Shown: positions 47,100-61,176, counted from the first letter of the whole stretch. The stretch is DNA of 63,192 nucleotides, filler included, from Hausera hauseri (GCA_046269625.1; 10 parts of 10 records of this genome joined end to end with filler, not necessarily neighbours in it); one strand, 5' to 3'. Numbers and translations: made by a program. Notes: a model not told the origin generated them from the sequence alone.

Positions 47100-49244
47100 T
47101 CTTTTCTTTGTTTGTTTTGCTCGAACGTAGATTGTAACGTTTATCCGGTCTTAATTCAGTTTTGACTACCCTCTGAATTGATGTGACTTCTTCTTTTCCA
47201 TTCTTGTTTATGTAAACTGTAGTCGGCGTAGTTCTTGTAACTTCATAAGGTCCTCTACCTGTCCTGGTAAGCTTAAGAGATGTGCCTTTTTTCGCTACCG
47301 GGTAATGCACATAAACCCAATCTCCTTGTTCCAAATCATGTGGTTTAGCCTTTTTGTCGTATTGTCCTTTAAATTGTTCTTGGTATTCTTTAGATAATTC
47401 TTTGGCTATTTCCCAGCATTTCTGTAATCTCGATTGCAGTACTTCGACGAAATTTTGCTCTAAATCCTCCGTTCGAGTTGTATATGGAATCAGTCTCAGG
47501 TCTGTGGGCAGCACGGCTTCTCTACCATACATCAATAAAAATGGAGTAAATCCTGTTGCCGGATGGGGGGTCATATTAATGGCGAACTGTGTGCCTTATA
47601 AAAATTCATCCCAATCCTTCTGGTCTTTTGTGACTACTGTTGATAAAATCCGTGTAACGGTTGCGTTCATTCGTTCGACCATTCCGTTACATTGGGGGTG
47701 ATAAGCTGTGGTAGTTAATCGTTCAATCTCAAAAATCTTGGAAATTTTCTCGAACAACTCGCTTGTAAAGTTTCTTCCTCTATCTGTCAATATTTGTTCG
47801 GGTGACCCGTATTTGCAGATGATTTTCCGTACTACCGCTTCTGCTAGAGTCTCAGCTTTTTGATCAATTAATGCTATAAGTTCAACGAAATGAGTCAATC
47901 GGTCAACACAAGTCAGAATATATATCTATTATTCTTGTGAGTCGTAGGCAACGGTCCTACAATATCCATAGACATTGCTTGCATTGGCCTATCTGGTACG
48001 TCGATAGGCTTAAGTTCGGCAACGTAATTCTTTACTTTCTTTTGTTTGGTTGCGCATACTTCACAAGCGTTTACCCAATTCTTTACGTCAATGTAGACAC
48101 TCGGCCAGTAGTATTTGTTTAATATTCTTTCCAATGTCTTTTTCCATGACATGTGCCCGGCTAAGTATGAGTCATGTTTAGCCATGAGCACTTCTGCTCT
48201 TAATCCTTTCGGTATGACGACTAGTTTCCGCCCTTTTCGTTCGTAATATAATATATCTTCTTGATTTGAATTTCCAGTGACTCAATATTTGTGACCATAT
48301 CTTCGCAAGTGTTTCCGCAATTGGTGTCCTCTGGGGATTTTGTTATCATTAACAAATTCTACAATCTGTCGTATAACATTGTCTTTTCGCTGTTCAATAG
48401 TAATTTTTAGTGCCTTGTCTAAAGTGAGAGTTCGTTGCCTCTCTACTAAATTTTCAAGGTGTGTCTTCCTCATTACTGTCACTGCGCTAGTTTTGGTTTT
48501 AAGCCTAGATAATGCGTCGGCATCGACATGTTTGCTTCCAGGTTTGTATTGAAATTCGATGTTGTATCGTGAGATCTCTTCGATCCACCTGTTAAGTCTA
48601 CAAGTTGGGTTGTTCGCTCTACCTTTCAGAGTCGTGACTGCTTTATGATCTGTGACGATTATGATCTTTTGTCCGTAGACGTATACATTAAAATGTCGCA
48701 GGGCTTTTTTCACCGCCAATGTTTTTAACTCTGTTACGGAGTAATTCTTCTCTGCTTTCTTCAGTGAGCGTCCTCCATATGCAATTGGGTGTTCCAATTC
48801 CTCGTTCTCTCGTTTTTGAGCTAGCTCATGTCCAATACCTTCTTTGCTGGCATCTGTTTTGATTATGAACCGTAGTTTGAAGTCTGGATATCTTAAAACA
48901 GGTTCACTAGTTAAAATTTTCTTCATCTCATCAAAAGCCTTTTGTTCTACGTCGGTCCATTTCCATTTGATTCCTTTCTTCAACAAGCGATACAGTGGTG
49001 CATTTATTTTTGCGTTTTCCGGTACATAAGTAGCATAATATCCACACAATCCCAACCAATGTCTTAGTTCTTTCTGATTCTTGGGCTCCATACAATCCGA
49101 TATTTTGATCAATAACGATTTATCCGGTTTTGATCCTCCTTCTCCTACTATATGCCCGAGATACGATACAGCATTCTGAGCCCATTTGCACTTCTTGGGA
49201 TTTAACTTCAGTCCAGCCTGCTCTAGCCTCATGAGCGTATCTTC
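47100..49244 (-). pseudogene. Pol of element D (RT end, RNase H, integrase)
   Basis: ORFs 48282..49232, 47913..48191, 47596..47898 and the first half of 46612..47574. Confidence 0.92.
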
Positions 49245-49785
49245 NNNNNNNNNNNNNNNNNNNNNNNNNNNNNNNNNNNNNNNNNNNNTTAATTAATTAA
49301 NNNNNNNNNNNNNNNNNNNNNNNNNNNNNNNNNNNNNNNNNNNNACAAATTTCAGCGAGTAGCGTAAACTCACCACAAAATTATTTCATGAAATTTTTTA
49401 CCAATGAATTAATTTGAAAAGACGTTCAAGATGAACAAAGTAATTGGTATTACAGATTCAGTTTAGTAGAGTTGTCAAGAATTTCAAGTACCCGAAGAGA
49501 TCCAACGAATCAACTTATAGTTTAAATAACAAACTTCGAGTTATACAGTAAAATGGTATTCGTAGTGTTGACTTTTGAGATGCATTTTTGAATATTTGAT
49601 AAAATTAACCTTATATTTCTTAAAATACTTTATTAGTAATTGTTGAAATTACAAGTCAAAATTTGTGATTACTATTCATAATATTATAACATGATATTTA
49701 AATAACTGAACATGGTAAATTTAATCAAATTATTACAACAAATGATATAAGTTCAAAGTATGTATTTGTAAATATGACTAATAAT

Positions 49786-52240
49786 CAGGGCCGTTCTTAG
49801 AAGTAGCCAAACGAGGCAACTGCCTAGGACCCGCGTTTTAAATAGCCGTTGGGGCCCCACGCTTCAGAGCAATCTGTGGAGTAAAAGTATGTGAAATAAT
49901 ACCATTATTGTGTCGTCTGCTCTCTAGGGCCATACTCACTTAAAAGATAAGACAATAGATAATAAAGAAGAATGGTATTTATTATTCTAAAAACTACACT
50001 TATTTATATTTGAACAAAATACAAATAAAAAATTTCAAAGTAAAAAGTAAAACAACTTAATTTTAAAAAGTAAAACGATTCAGTATAACATATATTGTAT
50101 AAACAGTAGAGTATATGATAATATTATTGATCGGACAAGTTTATCATTTTGGTACTCTTAATGCTGTTTGATCGCTGATTTAAGGGCATATTTGTGTTTC
50201 TGAGCATTTGCACATTTTCCTTTTTGAGAAAAATTAGACAGACCTCAAGAAACAAATGACTAGAAACAGAGATATTAGTCTCCATTATCCTAGTGGAAGC
50301 CAAAACGTGTTTTAACGTCTAAGAAACAGGAATAAGCGAAAGAACAATGTGGAACAATGGATAAATACCTTGTCCAAGCACCGATTTCTGAACCGCATTA
50401 AGTTGTTAAACAGTTACAAACACAAAATTATGAAGTCAGTCAAGATGAGACGTTAGAGGCGCATGTTACCTCTACTCAGATCACTGCATCTGGAGAATTT
50501 TTAATCATCCAAATGATGGAGAATCTGATCATAAGTCTTCTAGTGAGACCATTCAGAACTATGATAATGAATGTACGAACAATTTGTCCGGAAAAGGTAA
50601 TCAAAATGGCGTAAACATAATTATGTGACAGTGACGTTCATGATGGTTAGCAACGCCAACAGTTTTTAATGAATTTTGAAGATCCTTCACTTTGGCCCCA
50701 CTATCTAAACACTTGTGATCGATATTTCTTGGCAATGAAAAGTGCACCTAAAATTGAAGGTATGAATTCTCCAAGAGACCACGAAATAAAAAGTGGATTT
50801 TCAATGAGTCATCTAGAGCGACGTTTACCAAATGGTCAACTTGTGAACCGTCAAAGAACTGTGTCTTCCGTTTTTACTGCAAGCTATTTGCAAAAATGAA
50901 TTCAACTTTAGCGTCGGATAGATTCCGTGATTGGAAAAATGCAAGTGTGCGTCTTTCTAAACATATTACAGCAACTAAAGAGTGTCTAGAACTTGAACTA
51001 CGGCTTAATAAGAAATGCACAATAGACAAAATCAGTCAGAGAATGATTAACCAAGAGGAATCTCAATGGTGAAGTGTTTTTGAACGTCGCTTGCTATTGT
51101 ACAGTTTCTAGCAGAACATACCATGGCTTTTTGTGGATCAGTCGATAAATTGTATTAACCATATAATGGTAACTTTCTTTGGCTAGTAGAGTTGATTGTT
51201 CCATTTGATTCAATTTTTGCAACTGCACCTGCGAAAGGCAATGGATAGCCAAATTTATGATCATTACTTGGGACATAAAATTCAGAATGAACTCATTTCT
51301 CTTATGGGCAACAGGATGCGATCAACCATCATCAAAGGAATAAAATTTGCAAAGTACTTTAGTGTGATATTAGATTGCACGACAGACGCTAGCCATGAGG
51401 AGCAAATGTTGCTAACAATAGGATATGTTTCAGATGGTTCCGTCGATGATGTTCCTCCAGGAATATACCAGCACTTCATTAATTTCATTGTTGTTTCTGA
51501 AAGCACGGGAGAAAATCTAATTGATGTCCTTCTAGAAGGTCTCAGGAACCTGGTGCTAAATTTTGCTGATTTACGTGGACAAGGTTATGATAACGGTGCA
51601 AAGGAGAAAAGTCTGATGTCCAAGCATGTCTTAAAGAAATAAATCCACGCACCTTATTTCCCCCTGTGCTTGTCACAGTTACAACCTCCAAGTTGGTGAT
51701 ATGGCCAAATTTTGCCCAAGGCATGGTATACTTCGTTACTATGCAACGATTATACGTTCTCTTTTCTGGATCTGTGAAAAGATGGGAAATATTGCGTCAA
51801 TTTGTAACAGGTCTGACACCCAAACCTTTATGCGAAACAAGATGGGAATGTCGTATAGATAGTGTAAAGGCTGTGAGATATCAAGTTGAAAACTTTTTTA
51901 TTATGCATTGATCGTGTTATCAAGAGGAACAAACGATCCAAAAACTCAGACTGAGGCTGAATCATTGGTTAATGAGCTAAAGAATTTCAAATTCCTTGTT
52001 TCCTTGTGCTTCTGGTATGATGTGTTGTTTAAAATACACAGTCCGTAAAGAACTTCAAAGTATGAGTGCAAATTTTTCAGATGCACTAAATGGCCTGGAG
52101 AGCATTTGCACATGGCTAATAGATTATCGTCAAAATGGATTTTCAAGTGTCCTGGCTAACGCAAATGAAATTGCAGAGGGTTTGGGCATATTTTTGTGAG
52201 CCATTCTTTCAATTGAAAGTAATGTTTTACGAGAATTGGA
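49786..52240 (+). mobile_element. Degenerate hAT transposon (ZMYM1/DUF4371-type transposase)
   Basis: Terminus CAGGGCCG; YLGHKIQNELI, YFSVILDCTTDASHEEQ, RGQGYDNG, ETRWECRI, AILSIE..F..KARK. Confidence 0.88.
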
Positions 52241-52506
52241 TTTCAATGAAATTATTGATTATTTTGTTTCAATGAAGGCTAGAAAATTTAATATGTAGTA
52301 AATAACTTGATTTTACAATTTTACTTGTTTTGCTATGTATTATGATTTTATGTATTGTTATGTTGTTTAATTATTAAATCCGAGTGTTTTGACAAATATT
52401 TATGCGTTACGTGTTATTTAACAGCGTATGCAAACTCGTTGCTAACACAACGACAATTGTAGACTATAGAGTTTCCTCATTTTTTTAGCCTATTGACAAA
52501 TGTTAC

Positions 52507-53180
52507 AGTAGGTAGAAGTGTCCTCTCTACCTCACCTCTCTGATTGGTCCGCCGACCAGTTTTCCCCACCTGATTGGCTATTCTGAACATTTTACTAAAA
52601 ATAGTCGGAGACCCCCCCCCAGGAAAAGAGGTCGAGTGAAGAGGTTCGGACCGAGTGATATCGATAGCCCGTGACGAGGTGAGCAAAAGTTAATAGCGGC
52701 GCGGTTTTGAGAAATGTAAGGGAGAGGCGCTAGAAGAGGCAGAAGCAAAACAGGAAATGCGCCTCGCGTAACGAGACACATGCAGTTAGCGCTGAGAAAA
52801 CGGGTACAAAGGGTAAATCGACGTTGGCGATTACAATGGACACTGTTGCAACTCGGTCAGACCATGGGAACATGGGGAAAAATCAATGGGAAAATTTCAA
52901 ATGGGTAAAATTTCCCCTTGCACGAGTCAGACTGTGATGGAAATGGGTTGAGCACGTAGCCCATGAGCAGTTGAGCATTTCATATTATAGCCGCCTCACG
53001 ATCAGACGAATGGATCGGGGTGAAAAATGAATGCAACGACGACGACGACGACGACGACAAAATGTATTGTTAAAAATTCAAAATAATAATAATCGTCATC
53101 ATCGTTCGTTCGTTCGTTCGTTCATTTTGTAAAATGTCGAAATAATAATAATCATCATCATCATCATCGTTCGTTCGTTT
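52507..53180 (+). mobile_element. Polinton terminal repeat with (GAC)n and (CGTT)n subterminal repeats
   Basis: Starts AGTAGGTAG; homologous to 16369-16935; adjacent to an adenain gene. Confidence 0.75.
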
Positions 53181-53400
53181 TGTAAAAGTCGTCTGTGAAT
53201 TTTATTTTGTACGACGAAATCATAATTGAGTAGTATTACTTACAAGAAGAATAACTGTGATCAAAAGTGCAATGGTGGTGGTGGTGGTGGTGGTAGTACG
53301 TCTACCTACAAATTAATGAGTAGCAACAGAGATAATAAAATGATATAACAACAGCAATATAACAAGTTGTATATTTTAAAATCACAAAAGCGGAATACGT

Positions 53401-53610
53401 TCAATCAAGTGTCTGTAACGTTAGCCATAATAGGCAGTAATGTCCACACAATACGGTCAGTGGATGTTGATAATGAACTCGATTATATTCAACACGGTAC
53501 GATGATTGTCGTTCAATTTGTGAAACTAACGATGACGGATAGTAAAACCCAAGCGGATCGAATACCTTGACGACGGCGGTCGGATGTACGTACACCGCAA
53601 TCCAATGTTC
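53401..53610 (-). CDS. Polinton adenain-type cysteine protease, C-terminal part
   Basis: EHWIAVY..VFDPLG..YN...YQHPLTVLCGHYCL carries the H/D/Q/C catalytic residues. Cut by the contig end. Confidence 0.88.
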   Translation of the reverse strand, partial: EHWIAVYVHPTAVVKVFDPLGFYYPSSLVSQIERQSSYRVEYNRVHYQHPLTVLCGHYCLLWLTLQTLD

Positions 53611-53710
53611 NNNNNNNNNNNNNNNNNNNNNNNNNNNNNNNNNNNNNNNNNNNNTTAATTAATTAANNNNNNNNNNNNNNNNNNNNNNNNNNNNNNNNNN
53701 NNNNNNNNNN

Positions 53711-54904
53711 TGTTTACTCCATTCCGACTTCTTTGACTCTTCAAAATTCTTCATTTGATGAAACTCATCAAATAAAGCATCTAGACTAATTATTTTTGAG
53801 ATGTTTTCTCTGGATCGATCTTGAATGAAAGAGATTGATTTTTCATCATCTTTCCAATTAGAGACCTTGTACAGAGTCATCCATTCGAACACTTCAATGC
53901 CATCCATAGAATTCCCCCAATGTTCTAAATACTCGATTGTAGTGCTATGGAGACCATATACATTTTTTGTGATTTCATCTAGCAAGTTCTGGTTCAAACG
54001 TTGCACTTCCTGATGAGCGTTGAAAGGCAAAATCGAAAATTGTCGTCGACTTTTTAATTTCTGTTTCAAGATGCGAACTTCCACAGAAATATCAAAAGCA
54101 GCAAAACCAGCACGTTCAATGGAAATGATTGCCTCATTGATTTGAGTTTATTTCTTAGAAACAGAAGCCAGAATTTACTGCTTTTGAGCGAGAAAAATTC
54201 CTTCATGACCTGTGGGCATTTGTCAAGAGACTCAAAATATGATCTCAAAGGATCAAGCATCTCAACAAAACGACCAATATCAGAAGAAAGTGATATGACA
54301 CAGGTTGTGGAATGAGATGTTGTTGGCATATAAATTCTATCCATATCATCGCTAATTTTCTTAAAGCTTGTCGTTCGTGTAATAAATAATTTAAAATGTT
54401 TATGAAGTTTGTAGATGATGTTCTCGATGTCGATAGAAAGCATTTCACAATCAGCACTTGTTACATTATGCACGACGTGAGCTGAACATCCACTCTTGAG
54501 AACCTTTCGATTCAACGATTTTGGAGTTTTCGCCAAACCAGCACCGACCGGCACCTCCAAAGTTTAAATTCTTATTGTCTGCTGCGAAGCATACAATTTT
54601 TTCTTTTAAATCAAATTCTGGATCGAACTTCAGAATTTCATTTGCGATAGTCTCTGATTCCTCATTAGGAATGGAAACAGTTTTTATCATCTTGTTCTGC
54701 TCTCCAAGAGTGAGATAAAGACTTCTTCCGACATTTGGAAGCATCTTTATTGATCCATGGTTAGATATGTGTTTATTAGAGATTTAACTAATAAAAAATA
54801 TCGATTCACAAGATTACGGGACAAATTCTGTCCCTGTCGGGATCCGAGACCACATTAGAAATTCCGGGATTGTCCCGGCAAATTCATAGCAGATGGCTGG
54901 CCTA
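53711..54904 (-). mobile_element. hAT transposon fragment inserted into a Tc1 transposase
   Basis: CFAADN..NFGG, GCSAHVVHN, degenerate TRWLSL motif. Terminus TAGGCCAGCCATC with CGGGA subterminal repeats at 54815-54904. Confidence 0.75.
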
Positions 54905-55650
54905 CCCCTACACCATAACACTACAACCTCCACACCAATTATGATAAACAAAAAACAGGAAAAGGAAACGTTGATTAGGGAATCGCCGAACACTAATACG
55001 ACCATAATGAAAATCTAAACCAAATCGTGACTCATCTGACTATATTACACATTGCCATTGTTCATCAGTCCAATCAACATGTGCCAAACACCAATCTGAG
55101 TGGAATAAACACTGCTGGTCTGGATGATTCTAATTGAAACTGTAATGCTCTACGATAACATTTTCTTAAGCTTAATCGTCGATGAGTTACATTTTGCCAA
55201 ATAATATAATGATGAGGCATTAATTCAAAGGATTACTCAAAATTACTTATTCTTGGACGACCAGAACCATGTCTCATTGTGCAATTTCCTTGCTCAACTC
55301 ACCTGCTCGACCATCTCTATTGTACAATTTGATTTGTTCATTATTACACTAATTTCCCGTTGTGACATTCCTGCTTTCAACATACCAATTACACGACCTC
55401 TCAGAAATTCGGTACACTGTCGTGCTTGATTCATTATTTGACATGCAAAACACAAATAACAACAAAACAAAAATATATACACACTCTCTTTTCAAGTACT
55501 TAAATTGGTTCATAAGTTTGTTACTGTTTAGATAATAATCTAGATAATCTTGTACCTAGGCGCAATAGTTCTAATAAAAAATGATTCTAGAACCTATCCC
55601 AGTACCAAATTTGATTCTATATGGGTGGCATCTTTCTTGGCAGGCAGTAT
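54905..55650 (-). mobile_element. Tc1-like transposon 5' fragment
   Basis: LRGRVIGMLKAGMSQREIS HTH, GSGRPR, SDESRF, VMV*G. Candidate TIR TACTGCCTGCCAAGAAAG next to TA. Confidence 0.75.
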
Positions 55651-56100
55651 ATTAAGATTTTAAACTTACATTTAATTTAAGCAAATCAACTAATAAGAAG
55701 TATGAAATATTAAAAACAAACATACAGAACGTAATGATACACTTCATATTTATAATAACCAAACTATTATAATAACCAGACCTAAGATTACGCCATATGA
55801 GATTTTTAATGTTAAGTCATTTTGCACGTATTCAATTCCTTTCCATAGTTTTCAGTTATTAGTTTCTTGATGTTTTGTCGACCTTATAAATATCCATCAA
55901 ATATTTGGCTCATTATTCAAGCTTATCTTTCATGTGTAAAGAATGAATATTAGTGATGTGACTGATAATTAGATGACTATATTGTACTTTAACATAATGT
56001 GAAAGACAAACTGGAAATTAGACTGTAGTAAAATATTGGTTGAAAGAAGAAACTAAAATTTCAGGAAATTCCAAAATTACAATTTTTGCGAATATTTAAA

Positions 56101-57190
56101 AATGGCACTCGGAAGTGAGAAATACCGCAGCGTTATTAGATTTCTCTTTCTGAATGTCAGAAATAGAGAAGAGGTTATTTCTGAACTGATCTCCGTCCAT
56201 CACCATGAGTTCTCACTAAGAGTAACAGATTACCGTTAATTCAACCATTTTCAGAGTGGTAGAACCTCCGTGGTGGATGATAAAAACCTGGAAGGCCTTG
56301 TGAAATTGATGAAAAAATAACGGTGAAGCTGAAGACAATCGAGCAGAGCGAGAGAAAAATAACGACCAAGAGCTCTTCTCACTGTAAATGGCATTCGAAA
56401 ATGGTGTTCCAGTTTTGTACCGCGTTTCCTAACTGCCGAAATGCAATATCGCCGTTTGCAATGTTGCTTGGACAATCTGAAAATCATGGCCACTGTTGGA
56501 AACCATTTCTTGGAGAACATCATGACCATGGACGAGACATTATCATCATTGTATGTCCCGAAATCTAAGAGAGAATCGCAAGAGAGGGAAACGCCAGGAG
56601 GAAGCTCCTCACGGAAAATGTGGTCCTCAACTTCCCACCGAAAGGCTCCCGTGTAGACCGTATTCTAGGACACCACTGGCGTTCTTTTGACTGACTTTGA
56701 GAAATCCGGCATGTCTATCAACAGTTCTTACTACTCCAATCTCGTGAAACAAGCGAAGAAGGTGCAGTGCAAGAGCAGAGTGTGTGATCTACATTATTTA
56801 CACTATAACACTTCCATCCACACCAGAAGCGCTTCCGTGGTTACAATTGAGCGCTACTGGCAGAATTTGTTTTACCATCCCCTACCATCAGGATTTGGTA
56901 TCTTCAGATATTTTCTTGTTTAATCGTACAAAAAGGTTCTGTGGAGTCATCAGCTTCTCAATAAGGAGGATTTGACAGCCATCGTGATGAGCTTCTTGGA
57001 GGAAAAATCGACAGAATTCATCAAAAATGCATTGAAAGAACTCGCCGTTCGGTGAGAAGTGTGTCGGTATGCATGGAAATTATTTTGAAAAATAATGTCT
57101 ATATGACTTGCTTATTGTAAATACCAAGTCTAATTGTGTTCGCTTACTCCTTTCTATAAGAGTCTCACTACTCATTGGGCACACCACGTA
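56101..57190 (+). mobile_element. Degenerate mariner transposon
   Basis: FQSGRTSVVDD, IMTMDET, remnant of PDLxxSD. Right TIR ...CTCACTACTCATTGGGCACACCACG-TA matches the copy at 59895-61176. Confidence 0.85.
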
Positions 57191-57661
57191 CATTTTATTT
57201 ACTTTTTAATTTTTGCATAATATGAATATGTCATCAACATATAGTTTATTAAAAATAATGTTATTATTTATAAAAATTTCTATATAATCTATAAAGATGT
57301 TGGCTAATAGTACTGCAACTTGTTTAAATATACCTTTGTTAAATTTGAAATATGTTCTGTCAATGGCAGAATCTATAGTTTTCTTGTATCGTCCATACTT
57401 GTTTTAAACCTTTGCATTAAAAACAAAATTAAATTTAATTTTAATTTAATAACTCAATGTAATTGAAAATTTAAACAACACAAATTAATAACTTAATTTA
57501 ATTTTAAATAACTCAACTGAAAAAACTCAGTTTAATAAAATAAAATTACAAACAAAAAACATTAAAAATACAAACTTGTTTCTAAATACAAAATTAATCA
57601 AAAAACATCTTTTTACAAACAAACGACCTGACTTTAGAATCTTTTCAAAACAAATTTTTAA

Positions 57662-58225
57662 ATCATTCTCACTTTAAAAAATCATGTCTAGTTACAATAT
57701 GTCTAGCAAAGAAGCCAAGAAAGCAACTGAAACTCAAAACCAACAATTGATCCAGGATAACAAAAATTCATGCCGAAAACAACAAACCGCGAAAAGAACA
57801 AAGGCGATTGCGAGGCCCAGTGAACCGATGACTCAGAAGAGGCGCGCTATAGTCGTACAAATTTACTCACCGATGGGTCACCGAAACTGGTGAGCCAATC
57901 GCTATAGACGATGCAAATCCCGAATTATTCCAAAAAGAAATGCGAAGTATCCATTTTGATTCATACATTGTAAGCAACTTTCTTCCAGTAACTAATCAAA
58001 TGGTATTGTTCCCCTTGCATTCCGACGTGTTCAAAATTGCAATGTTCTGGCATTTTCAGCAATGTTTCTTTAACAACCCGACTTTAGAATCTCTTCGAAA
58101 CTAATTTGCACATCATTCTCACTTTCAAAAATTATGTCTAGTCACAATATGTTTAGCAAAGAAGCCAAGAAAGCAAGTGAAGCTCTAACCCACAACTGAT
58201 TCAGGATGACAAAAATTCATGCCGA
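57662..58225. repeat. Direct repeat of about 115 bp (57662-57776 and 58112-58225)
   Basis: ATCATTCTCACTTT..ATGTCTAGT..AGCAAAGAAGCCAAGAAAGCAA..CAAAAATTCATGCCGA occurs twice. Confidence 0.85.
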
Positions 58226-58520
58226 GTAGATAGATGTGAGAACACTGGATCAGATCCCCCAGGGAAGAAAAGTAACCAATCAGAGGAGGACACGTCATCG
58301 AGGGTAGGAAAACTGGCCAATCAGAGAACAGTATTCGGTAGACTCCCTAGAACAAGGACTTTCGTGATCTATGTTGGGCTTTACTATTTAAACCCCCTAG
58401 AACAAAGACTCCCCCCGAAAACAAAGATTTTTGTGATCTATGCTGGGTTTCACTATTCCCACCCCTAGAACAAAGACCCCCTCGGGAAAAATTGACTCCC
58501 CTCAAGGGTGCCCCTATTTT
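58225..58520 (+). mobile_element. Probable terminus of another Polinton family
   Basis: Starts AGTAGATAG, has two CCAATCAGAG boxes, then short tandem CCCCTAGAACAAAGAC repeats. Confidence 0.5.
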
Positions 58521-58995
58521 CAATTTCTGGTATATATATCCATGTTAAAATGTCATTTATGAAAAATTTATGTACAAGACCAATTAATACAATTGCAACA
58601 TTTTGATGAATTATCATTTTTTCTGTTGGTAACATGGTGGAAAGCAATTACGAACGACTTAGATAAAGAAGCAAGAGATTTTGGATTTCCAAAAAATTTG
58701 GCAATAATAGCTCTGAAGACAAACGAATGTACACTATTACAAAATCGCATTAATATAATAAATCAAATGTATCTTCATCGACTGTATGATACAAATTACT
58801 TTAATATTATTGAAAAGTTACGTGGTGAATTAAAGACTTTAAAAAAGAAAATAAAGGACAAAGTAATAAAGTATCAAATAATGTGTTTAGTATGTNNNNN
58901 NNNNNNNNNNNNNNNNNNNNNNNNNNNNNNNNNNNNNNNTTAATTAATTAANNNNNNNNNNNNNNNNNNNNNNNNNNNNNNNNNNNNNNNNNNNN

Positions 58996-59400
58996 CCTTC
59001 TTATCGGTTTGTTTAGGCTGTATGTTAACTGTTTCCCGAGCCAACGTTGGGTCTGTTGCCGAGTCTGTTTGACAGTCTTTGCCAGTTTGTCGACAGGATG
59101 CCGCGGATCAAACCGCACATCGCTCATCGTTGTCGTCGGTGTTGTTGATGATGTCGTTTTTGTTAGCATTGCAGCAATTAGAAGAAAACGTTAATGAAAG
59201 ATTCGGTAAACTGGGACAAAATGATGAAAACCATATACCAATATCGCTAAATCATCATATATTTACCGTCATTGTTTATACTAAACTGTTTCACCAACGA
59301 GTCCACCCAGTAATGACGTGACAACCGGTAGAACTGCACCAAGGAATCCACCGTCTTGCTGGTATTCCTTCATATTTGGAGAATATTTCATTTAACGACA
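58996..59400 (-). pseudogene. Polinton integrase N-terminus and an upstream small GGFL-motif gene
   Basis: FDPRHP..VDKLAK..QRWLGKQLTYSLNKPIRR matches YDP..P..VDKL..WL..Q.AY.LHKP.RR; upstream QDGGFLGAVLPV. Confidence 0.75.
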
Positions 59401-59894
59401 AAGGAATTACACAGTTACGGTTTTGATATTTTGACATAAAGCAGTAAATTTGTTTGTATATTCAAATTTACGAATAAAAATATCGAAATATTAAGTAGAT
59501 TATTTTGATGCACAAACAAATTTCCAACTATAATTTACTTGTTTCGGTATCAAACTCGAAATAATATACAATTTCTATGCCATTGAACAAACCAAATTTT
59601 CCAAAAATAAGTTAGTTTGTGTGAAGTTGCATGTATTCGCTAACCATCACATACCCATTCCTTCATTAAACAAAAACGTCGTCATTTGGTGTTTTTACTT
59701 TCATATTGAAGAACAACTTATGCTACAAGTATCAGGGGTATAAAAAACCGGATAGAAAAATTAATTTACACGTCACAGTTCAGCGTAAAATGTTACCTTA
59801 CTATACAGAATGCCATCAAAATCGGCGTTTATTTTAAAGTAGTGCTACCTGTAAGTTCGTCACCCATATTAACAACAAATAATACAACTTAGTC

Positions 59895-61176
59895 TACGTG
59901 GTGCGCCCAATAATTAGTGAGACACTTATAGAAAGAAATAAGTAAAGCCAAATATATTATGTATTTACAACAAGGAAGTCATGTAGGGTTTATTTCTCAA
60001 AATAATTTCCATTTTATCAACACATTTTTCCAGCGTGTAACTAGGTTTCGAAGGCAATTTTGAAAAAATCGGGAGACTCTTCGGTAAAATGCGTCACTGT
60101 ATCTTTCAAATCTTCTTTTTAGGCAAATTTGTGACCTTGCAGGGTTCTTTTAAGATTATTAAACAAGTAGAAGTCCGATGGGGCTAATCCGGACTGTATG
60201 GAGGATGTGGAAGCAGTTTTAATCCACAGCCCTCAATTGTGACCAATGAAACTCCGCTTGTGTGAAAAGGGGCGTTGTCGTGTAAGTAATAAAGTTCACA
60301 CACTTTTTTCTTCGAATCTTTCTTGTTTGTTGTACGAGATTGGAGTTGTAGGAGCTGTTGATTCGAATACAATTTTCAGCAAAACCAGCCAGGATAATGC
60401 CATTAGCATCCCAAAAGACAGTCAACATGAGAACCTTTCGGTGACTTGTTGAAGACTTCATCTTCTTAGAACTGACCTCTTCAGGGAGTTTCCACTCTAA
60501 AGATTCCCGTTTAGACTCTGGGACATATAGTGATGGCGGTGTCTCATCCATGGTAATTATAGTATCCAAGAAACGCTCTCTAACATCGTCTAAAATCTGA
60601 AGGTTCTCTCTGCAACATTGCAGTCGGAAATTATGCATTTCACCAGTAAAAATCGTGGCACGAAGCGGGAACATAATTTTTGATGCCAATTTCACTGAGC
60701 AAGATGCTAATAGTTCCTTTACTCACATTAAGACGCGTTGTCAATTCTCTGGTTGTAATTTTTCTTTCGTTCTGAACAATTTTTCTCAGTTCTTCCTTTA
60801 TTTTTTGATCAATTTCCCCAGGCCTTCCTGGATTTTCATCATCAATAACGGAGGTTCTTCCACTCTGAAAGTAATTGTACCAAGGATAAATTGTTGCTCT
60901 AGAAGGATACTCATCTCCATAAACATCAATCAACTCTGAATTGACTTCTTCCCTACTCTTGTCTTTCTTAAATAGGAAAGGAATGACACTGCGATATTAT
61001 ACACTTTCCACAGACATTTTGAAATAAATGCTAAAGTGACAAAAGCAAAAAGTAGTTGGTTAAAACAAACTGTATACTATTTACCCATATACATTAGCGA
61101 ATATATATTTTTAGTTTGACTTATTTTATTTGCTTCTTTCTATAAGATTCTTACTACTTATTGGGCGTACTATGTA
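59895..61176 (-). mobile_element. Full-length degenerate mariner (DD34D-type) with both TIRs
   Basis: TIRs TACGTGGTGCGCCCAATAATTAGTGAGA and its imperfect complement; ITMDET, VFWD, LHDNA, HPPYSPD*PxDFYLF. Confidence 0.9.

Larger units (their letters stand above)
42540..49244 (-). mobile_element. Ty3/Gypsy element D: RT-RH-IN fused to a membrane protein, extra ORF3 with RING finger, PPT and 3' LTR
   Basis: LKLNPKKC..YLGH, TDAS, VTDHKA, DADALSR; H-x5-H..C-x2-C; DIVGPLP; TDRGRNF; YHPQCNGMVERMN; GPYEV. Confidence 0.92.
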
